Shown: positions 36,501 to 44,509 of the stretch, in pieces
How the letters are laid out: each line of letters starts with the position of its first letter
How positions within the stretch are numbered: the first letter of the stretch is position 1
NCBI GenBank assembly: GCA_943704415.1
Contig: CALSCO010000861.1
Coordinates: forward strand, 1-44,509
Source of the DNA: Parvularia atlantis
Lineage: Eukaryota
Reading direction: 5' to 3'
DNA length: 44,509 nucleotides
Translations under genes and position numbers: made by a program
The notes under the pieces: model-generated
Seen by the model: only the letters and a program-made list of their open reading frames with translations
Database searches by the model: none
Told to the model about the DNA's origin: nothing

Positions 36501-39500
36501 TTAGAGGTGCATGTCCTTGAGGATCTTCTGGCAAACCGACTTGTACTGCCACGCTTCGCCCGAGAAGCGCTTGAGCACGAGGCCGTGCATGCTCATGTAG
36601 TTGACCTACGAGGCAGCGCGCGCGTCAGACACACACACACACATCCCCGAGGCCACGCGCACCTTGACGATCTGGATCTCAAAAACAATTTCGTCGAGCA
36701 CGGCCAAGTCGCGCTGGTGCAGCGTGAAGGTCGCGTCCGGCACGACCGACGCCTTGTGCGTGCACGAGAAGCGATACCCGTGGTCGCGGTAGTTGATAAA
36801 GTTGCACTGCTCGGGGCGCGCTCAGCCGACAGTCATCGCAACTGCACGTGCGGGGCGCACGCACGTCGAGCACGCGCACGACCTCGTCGCGGATCAGGTA
36901 CGGCGCCTTGGTCGACGTGGTCGCCACCGAAAACAGGCCCTTCATGTTGATCGTCCGCGGCGCCTGCAGGAACGCGGGCTGGGCGCCGGCGGGCAGCGCC
37001 GCGTACGACGACTACGGCAGCGGTCAGCTGTCGGCACCGCACACGCGCCGCACACGCGCCGCACCGTCGCGCTCGCCAGCGGCGAGTTGGCCGTCGACGT
37101 GTCTGGGCTGCTCATGGCCGTGTGCACCGACTCACTCGTGGTGCTTCCGTTCTTGAGCTGCGGGCGCCGCTTTCAGCCGCACGCGCAAGACACGGCGGCT
37201 GCGCACCTGCTCGTCCTTGCGGCGCGGCAGCGGCGACAGCAGCGCAGCGACGGGGCGCGGCACAAACGACGTCGCGCTGCCGCGATGCACGACGCGCATC
37301 AGTCGCCCAGCAGCAGCATAGCGAGCGCCATACGGCGTACGCACCGGCCGCGGCGCTGCTTGCCGCTGCCGACCGTCGCGGCAGGGGCCGGGGCGGCCGG
37401 TGTGCTGGCCGGCAGCTGTAGGGCGTTGGCGTTGTTGCCGGTTAAGGAGCGCGGGCGGCCGCTGGCCTCGCCGGGCACCGACAGCGACGTCGACGGCGCG
37501 CTCAGCTCGCTCGAGATGCCGACAATGCCTTCGTACAGTGAGCTCGATTTGCTGCGCGTGCGGTGCGTGAGCCATTCCAAGCACACGGGCGCGCACACAG
37601 GGCCACGCACACGACGCCTGGCGCGCCGCCGTCGCGGCCGCCGCCCGACGACGGCCCCTCGTCCACCTTGATCACGATCTCCGGGAAGGGCTCGAGCGGC
37701 GCCTGCGCGGCCGGCGCGACGGCCGTGGGCGAGGACACGTGCACCTTGTTGCTGCGGTAGACATGAGCGGTGCCGCAGCGTGCGCAGCACACGCACAGCA
37801 GGTCCGAGATGCGCGTGCGGTGGCCGCCGGTGGCTTTGGTCTGCTCGATCAGGTCGCGCTCCATCTTCTCCATTGTGAGGTAGTAGATCGACAGGATTGG
37901 GTGCACCGGTTTGCTCGGGATGGTCTGGCCCGCGATCGCCTGCAGCCGCCGCGCACCGTCAGCGTGGTGTCGCTCTCGCGCGGCCCAGAAGCGCACCTCC
38001 TCGAGCACCTGCGTGACCTCCTGCTCGCTGAAGCCGAAGGGGATCATGTGGTCGATCACGCTCTTGTCGATCTTGGTCAGGGCCTTGCGCTCGTCCGGCG
38101 GGCTGTTTTGCGCGAGGGGGAGGGGCGCGTGAGCTGAAATGCAGGGCAGCGGCGCGCGCGCACTTGTGTGGCGGGTTGGCGTAGCCGTCGTTGACCCACG
38201 GGTGCTTCATGACCTCGGCCAGCGTCGCGCGCTTCTTCTGGTCGACCGTGAGCATGCGCCGGATCAGGTCCTTGGCGCCTGCGCCCGCCGCAGGTGAGGC
38301 CGTGCGCACAAGAGAGCGCGTGCACGCACTGTCCGAGATCGGGATGCTCTCGTGCCAGTGCACCTCGCCCGAGCGGATCTTCTCGTACAGCTTGCCCAGG
38401 TTCTTGTCTTCGAACGGGACACGGCCGTGCAGCATCACGTACAGGATGATGCCGAGCGCCCACATGTCGACCTCGGGGCCTGCGCGGCGGCGGCGGCGTG
38501 GGCACAGGAGAGGGTGCTGTGCGTGCGCACACCCTTGTACAGCGCCTTGATGAGCAGCTCGGGCGCGGCAAAGTAGACGGAGCTGCGACGCGCGCGTGTC
38601 ACGCGCCGTCGGCGGCAAAGGCGAGGCAGCGCACCCGCAGTTGGTCTGCAGGAAACTGTTTGGGTTCCACAGGTTGGCCAGGCCAAAGTCGATGACCTTG
38701 ACGAGGCCGGTTTTCTCGATCAAGATGTTCTCGATCTTGAGGTCGCGGTGGACGATGCAGTTGTTGTGGCAGTACTCTGCGGCGGGCGCGTGTCGGTGCG
38801 TGCGTTGCACCAGTGTGTGCGGGGCGCACCGACGGCGCAGAGCAGCTGGCGGAAGAAGGGCCGGGCGGCCTTCTCCTTGAGGTGGCCGTGCGAGATGATG
38901 TAGTCGAGCAGGGCGCCGCCGTCGATCAGTTCGAAGACGAGCTCGACCTCCTGCGCGACCCGGGCGAGCGTGAGCGGTGCGTGTGCGGTGTGCGGTTTGC
39001 GCGGTGCGCGTTGCGCGGGGTGACCTTGTCAAAGTCGTCGTACATGACGTCGTACAGGTGCACGACGTTGGTGTGGTTGAGCAGCCTGCTGATGGCGATC
39101 TCACGCTTGATAAACTTCTTCTTCTTCTCGTCCATGGCGATGTGCTTAAGCGCGAACTGCGCGCCCGCGGGGCGCTGTTCAGATCCTCGCGCGGCGCAGG
39201 GCGATGAGAGTGCGCGCGCCTTCTGGCCGGTCACGGCGTGCTTGGCGCGGCGCACGACGCCCACGCCGCCCGCGCCGATGGTCTTGCTGACGATGTAGTC
39301 GCCCACGACGCTCGCGCCCGCGCCGCCGCCGCTGCCACCGCCGCTGCTGGTGGTGGCGGCGGTGCTGCTGCTGCTGCTGCCAGCGGCGGGCGCAGTGGCG
39401 GCACCGACGGCGGCGGGTGTGGCGAAGGTGGCGCCGGACGTCGCACGTGGCGACGACGGGTCGCTGCTGGTCGGGGATCCCGCGCCCCGCCACGACGTGC

Positions 39501-39535
39501 GTTTCCCGGCGGCTGGGCCGGTGATGCCCACGACG

Positions 39536-39595
<60 letters not shown>

Positions 39596-39783
39596 GACGG
39601 CGGCGGCTCAGACGGGTTGCGCCGGTGCCGCGACGGGCGCGCCGAGATGCTGTGGTCGCCCCAGACGCTGCGTTCCGGGTTGCCGGCGGCGACGTAGCTG
39701 GGCACGGCCAGGGCGGCGGCGCCGTGGTGCTGCGGCGGCGGCGGCGGCTGTTGAGGCGGCGAGAGGGGTGGGCGCTTGTCCAT
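36501..39783 (-). CDS. KIN1: Kin1/Kin2-type (MARK/PAR-1 family) Ser/Thr kinase with KA1 domain, about 15 introns
   Basis: TIGAGGVGVV, FALK, HRDLKIEN, IDFGLAN, TNCGSVYFAAPELL, GPEVDMWALG; HPILSIYYL; KA1 KGLFSVATTSTK..FEIQIVK..KRFSGEAWQYKSVCQKILKDMHL. Confidence 0.92.
39538..39594 (-). repeat. Uninterrupted (CAG)19 polyglutamine tract in the kinase N-terminus
   Basis: 19 CTG units on the + strand, in frame in ORF 38926..39783. Confidence 0.95.
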
Positions 39784-39898
39784 GCCGGCGGGTTAGCGAA
39801 AATCGACGGTCGACTAGATTGACGTGTGTCACGCATCGCATCGGCGACTCGCCTCGGCGCCTCGCATCGAGCACACGACGAGCACCGAGCGCAGAACG

Positions 39899-41289
39899 AT
39901 GGCGCATCTGCAGTGGCGCCAGATGTGCGTGTACCGCGCTTGCCGCGTGTGCCGCATGTGCCGCGCGTGCTGCGTGTGCTGCGTGCTGCTCGTGCTGACC
40001 CGATCACCATCACGCGACGCACGTGGCAGGCTCCGCGTCACCGGCATCGGCGGCCTGTTCTCGTTCACGGCCGGGTACACCAACGTGCTCCTGCTCAGTT
40101 CGACCTACTCGGCCTCGGCCGTGTGCCACATGACCGGCACCACCACCAACCTCGCCCTCGCCGTCTCGCGCCTCGCCGCCGGCGCCAACGGCACCGCCCC
40201 GGGCAGCGGCAGCGGCGACCGCGACGACCCGTGGGCCCCGGGCCCCGCCGACTTTGACGGCTCGGTCGAGATCGTCCTCCTCGCCGGCTTCCTGCTCGGC
40301 GCCGGCGCGGCCGGGCTGCTCGTTGGCCCGTCGCTGCAGCACCGCCTCCGCGTCGCCTCGCGCTACGGCGCCGGCCTCGTGCTCGAGAGCGTCCTCCTCG
40401 CCCTCGCCCTGGCCATGACCTACGCCGACCGCCTCGGCGCCGTGCTCTTCGCTGCGATGGCCATGGGCCTGCAGAACGGCATGACGACCATCTACAGCGG
40501 CGCCCTCCTGCGCTCGACACACGTCACCGGCGTCTGGACAGACATCGGCGTGCTGTGCGTGCGCCACCCCTCCCCGGCCGCGCCGCGCCACTCACGCCGC
40601 GCGCGCCACAGCATCGGGCAGTACATTCACCAGGCCGGCCACCGCATCTTTGGCGACCCTGAGAGCCGCATCCTTGTCAACACGGAGATCTGGCGTCTGC
40701 GCTTCCTTGTCCCGATCATGCTCGGCTTCATCGCCGGCGCGACCCTCGGCGGCCTGTCCTACATCGGCTTCGGCAAGGCCGCCTTCGCCATCCCGATCCT
40801 TAGTGCGTGAGCGCGCGCAATGGCGGGCAGGCAGGTGTCGGCTCACGCGCCGGCGCAGTCACGGCCGTCTCGGGCTCGGCCGTGATCGCGTACAACGCTC
40901 GCAAGCACTGGTTGGTGACGCGGACGGTGCAGAAACGCGTGTACGAGTCGTTGCGCACGCGCGAACGGGCGCGCAGCCGCGGCAACTCTTCGGCGGGCGA
41001 CCGTCCCGACGCCCGGCTGCGCGACGGCGACGACGACGCCGACGGCGCGGACGGGAGCGACTTTGCCCGGCCCGAGATGACCGCGAACGTCTCCTTGCCC
41101 AGCCAGCCGGTGCTGGACGCGCTGACGGCGCGCGGCGACTGGGACGCGCTCGCGCACACGATGCAAATCCGCAACGCCGCACGGCAGCTCGCCTCGCACC
41201 ACCCGGAGGTCGCCACGACGGCGACGCACGACTACCAGGTGCCGCGCCCGCGCGGGTCATCGACGACGGGCGGAGATGCGGCCTGGTGA
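39899..41289 (+). CDS. DUF1275/YoaK-family membrane protein, 3 introns
   Basis: FSFTAGYTNV; HMTGTTT; AMAMGLQNG; RSTHVTGVWTDIG; GFIAGATLGG; several TM segments and a hydrophilic tail. Confidence 0.88.
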
Positions 41290-41332
41290 TCAATGCGCTC
41301 ATTGTTGATCGTGTAAACAAGTTGCTGCCCCT

Positions 41333-44087
41333 TCACGGCCGCAGCTCGCGCGGTGGCCCGGGCGACGCGGCGGCGTACACGGGCTTGATCAGGGCCGGCC
41401 CGAGCGGCGTCGCGCGCGCGGTCGCGGCGGTCGGCGAGGGCGGCCCGGCCGGCATGGGCTGCTCGATCGGCACCACCGGCGGTGGCAACAGCATGCTGCG
41501 TCGGCGCGCGGGCATGCGGTTGGCCATTGCCTCGGGCATGCTCGTCTGCGCCGGCGCCGGAGCAGACACACGCCGCGGCTGTGCTTGAGGCTGCGGCTGC
41601 AAGGCCAGCAGCGCGGGCGGTGTGCGGATGTCATGGCGGACGCGCACTCGGGACGGCAGCGGCGGCGACGGCGGCTCGTCCACGTACTGCTGCCACTGCG
41701 GCTGCGGCTGCGGTGCTTGGCTCGGCTCGAACAGCTCGATCAGGTCCCGCACGCGCTTCTTCTCGTCCTCGCTCTCCTGCGCCAGGTTGCTGTTGCTCGA
41801 GAACAGGAGGCTCAGGCGGCGCGACAGGCTGCGCATCGACTTGGCCAGGTAGTTGCCACCGCTCCCGCTCCCGCTGCCGTTGCCGCTGTTGCGCCGTGCG
41901 ATGTCTGCGGTCGCACTGGGCCGGCCAGTCACGTCCGTCCGGCTCAGCGGCAGCTGGCTCTCGCCAGACGCAAGTCTGCTGCCGCTCACACGCGTGCCGC
42001 GCGGCCGCTCTCCCTCGGACCGGCTGACGCGGCTGATACTGTCCTTGCGGATGGCGCGCGTGAGCTCGTTGCCGCGCTCGGCGTCATCGCCATCGCCATC
42101 GTCATCGCCATCGCCATCCTCGATGTCGTCGTTGCGGTCGTTGTCCTTGTCGTCGTCCTCGTCCCCGCTGTGGTATACGACGCTGCCGCTGTCGTCGCCG
42201 TCGCCCTCGCCGCCGTCGATGGGCGGTGTCGGCGGCCGCTGCGGCTCGGGCGACGGTGCGCGCGGCGGGATCTCGCTGATCGAGCCACGCCGCAGGAGCT
42301 GCTGCTGCTGCACGCCCCCCGCGGTGGACGCGGTCGCGCGCAGGCTTGGCCGCTGCAGCAAGGGCGCGTCCGGCCGCACGATGATCGAGCGCGGACGGAT
42401 GACCGTGACGACCTCGTTGAACGTTACGCGCTTGGCGGCGCGCGGCGGCTTGGCGGGCTCGGTGGCGGGCTCGGTGGCGGGCGCGCTGGCCGGCAGCAAG
42501 ACAGGATCGTCGGCGCGTGGCGTGGGCGGCGCGTTGGCCAGCATCAAGTCGACCATGCGGTCGAGCGAGCTCATGTCGGCCATCGTCCCGACGTTGAGCT
42601 GCGCGCGCCGGCGCGGGCGTGAGCGGCCAGGGCGCCCGCGGGCACGGGCGCGCGCGCGCACCTCGAGGAACTCGTGGATCGGCGAGGTCTCGACCGGCAG
42701 CGCGGGCTCGGTCGCGGCGAGGGGCGAGCGCTGGCTGGGCGGCGTGAGCATGTCCTCGCGGTCGGTCGTGATCAGCGCGTGGCTGCTCAGCGGGGTGTCG
42801 CTGAAGCTGTCCTTGCGCTGGCGCGACTTGCGCACGGGCGGGCCGCCGGGCACGGCGAGGTGCTTGGGCCGTGCAACGAGCGGCCGGTACTCGCCGCCGC
42901 CGCTGCTGCCGCCGATGACGCCGATGACGCCGCTGCCGCTGCCACCGCCGCCGCCGCCGCCGCTGCTGAGAGCCGCGCTCTCAACGTCTGCGCGCGCGCG
43001 TGAGCACGGCTGCCCCCGGAGGGGCGCACACGGAGGGGTGCGCACCAACTTTGCTCTCTCGCACGCGCGGCCGGCAGCACATGAACCAGAGCATCCCGGC
43101 CACCACGAACGCCACAACCACGGCCACGGCCACGGCGATGGCGATGGTCGCGCCCAGCGGGAAGACGGCCGCGCCGGCCGCAGCGGTAGGCGTCGCTGTG
43201 GCTGACGGCGTCGCATCGGCGGTGGGCGCGGCAGACGCGGTGGGCGAGGCGGAGGCGGATGCGGTGGGCGAGGCTGAGGCTGTCGCTGATGCGGTTGAAG
43301 TCGCGGTTGAAGTCGCGCTGGAGGTGGCAGTGGATGTCGCGGTCGAGGTCGCGGTTGGGCTCGCTGTGGCAGATGCGGTAGATGAGGCGGTCGCGGAGGC
43401 GGTGGATGAGGCGGTCGCACTAGCCGTTGCACTCTCCGTTGCACTGGCCGTTGCGCTCTCTGTCCAGCTCGCCGTCGCGCTCGCCGTTGCACTAGCCGTT
43501 GCGCTCTCTGTCCAGCTCGCCGTTGCGCTCGCCGTTGCACTAGCTGTTGCGCTCTCCGTCGCACTAGCTGTTGCGCTCTCTGTCCAGCTCGCCGTTGCGC
43601 TCTCCGTCGCACTAGCCGTTGCGCTCTCTGTCCAGCTCGCCGTCGCGCTCGCCGTCGCACTAGCTGTTGCGCTCTCCGTCGCACTAGCTGTTGCGCTCTC
43701 TGTCCAGCTCGCCGTTGCACTCTCCGTTGCACTGGCCGTTGCACTCTCCGTTGCACTGGCCGTTGCGCTCTCTGTCCAGCTCGCCGTCGCGCTGGCCGTC
43801 GCGCTATCCGTCGCGCTCACCGTTGCACTGGCCGTCGCGCTCTCCGTCCAGCTCGCCGTCGCACTCACTGTCCAGCTCGCCGTCCCACTAGCCGTCGCGC
43901 TCTCGGTGACGCTCATGCTCTCGGTCACTGACGCGACCTCCGAGACCGTCGCGGTCTCCGTCACGCCCGCATTGAGGGTCGTCCCCTCGCCCCGGACGAG
44001 CGCGGGCAGTAGCACTACCGCCACCAGTAGCAGCAGCAGCCACAGGGGCGGCCCGCGCGGCCCGCGCGCCCACCGAGCCGGGGTCAT
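41333..44087 (-). CDS. Single-pass Ser/Thr/Ala-rich mucin-like surface protein with a long disordered cytoplasmic tail, 2 introns
   Basis: Signal peptide LWLLLLLVAVVLLPALVRG; (ESAT/ASAT/ASWT)n stalk; TM IAIAVAVAVVVAFVVAGMLWF followed by MCCRPR; spliced onto the C-terminal part of ORF 41333..43756. Confidence 0.8.
43417..43905 (-). repeat. Degenerate 12-nt (4-codon) tandem array encoding the mucin stalk
   Basis: Recurrent gcgctctctgtccagctcgccgt / gcactagccgtt / gcgctctccgt units. Confidence 0.9.
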
Positions 44088-44259
44088 CCGCGGCCAATCG
44101 CACATTAGCGCAGAAAAATGGGTTTGATGACAGCGCCTCAGAACCGTAGAGACCTTTTCGCGCTTTATGAAGCAAAGTACCCGCTTCTCTCCATTTTCTC
44201 TTTTCCGTCTGCGCACTCTGCTCCAGTGAGCGATTCCGCTTTGTTTGCTTTTGCACAAA

Positions 44260-44509
44260 ATGTTTGCAAGCCTCGGCAAGGTGTCGTGTGTGCGCACGGT
44301 CGGGCAATGTCGCCGGTAACCTCGACGACGTTCGTGTTCTCATCCAAGACCAGACGCCCGTCACGGCAAGCAACGCTCGCGTCTCCGAGTCGTCCGACCA
44401 CCAACGCGGTGATCTCGACTGTCAGGTGGCCGACCTGCAACAAGCAAGCGGAGTCGGCAGCGTCGTCATCAAGGACATCGCGTCTGGTTTGAACTGGAAC
44501 AGGCCTGGC
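44260..44509 (+). mobile_element. tnpA: IS607-family TnpA (MerR-like HTH plus serine recombinase) remnant, frameshifted, running off the window
   Basis: 44260-44319 reads MFASLGKVSCVRTVGQCRR*. The frame from 44318 reads NLDDVRVLIQDQTPVTASNARVSESSDHQRGDLDCQVADLQQASGVGSVVIKDIASGLNWNRPG. Together these match IS607 GK..CVRT.GG.RRY / YARVSS..Q..DL.RQ / DI.SGLN..R.G. No introns, and lower GC than host exons. Confidence 0.8.

Noticed and set aside
43000..44127. 375-aa (VALA/VALS)n hydrophobic ORF on the + strand
   Set aside because: It is the antisense reading of the mucin repeat. The - strand frame has a signal peptide, TM and splice sites.
44118..44492. Listed ORFs 44118..44492 (+) and 44165..44443 (-) as genes
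   Set aside because: No recognisable motifs. The IS607 signatures lie in the two other + frames.

Overview
GC-rich, extremely gene-dense DNA from an intron-rich unicellular eukaryote. I reconstructed 22 complete spliced genes plus the 3' end of one more by joining ORF fragments across short (mostly 45-80 nt) spliceosomal introns. In order: HIS5, KRI1, SAD1/USP39, a UBE2L3-like E2, PSF2, a p24/TMED, ATE1, GPI16/PIGT, NMNAT, a tetraspanin, an STK11IP-like LRR protein, TAF4, a 2-oxoglutarate carrier, calcipressin, SCC3/STAG, a Dicer-derived RNase III protein, FANCL, FAM114, a Dpy-30-motif protein, a Kin1-type kinase, DUF1275 and a transmembrane mucin. This gene mix suggests a non-animal opisthokont, plausibly an early holomycotan (inference). 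Two observations stand out. (1) A frameshifted, intronless IS607-type serine-recombinase (TnpA) remnant lies at the right edge (44260-44509); the ORF track misses it, and this element class carries TnpB/Fanzor2 RNA-guided nucleases. (2) A compact, helicase-less Dicer-like gene keeps all four catalytic acids in RNase IIIa but has lost all four in IIIb, which predicts a dsRNA nickase. Other findings are a TGTGAC start-proximal motif, a palindromic E2F-like site at SCC3, frequent GC-AG introns and intergenic gaps as short as 9-24 nt. All homology calls come from motif recognition by eye; no database searches were run.
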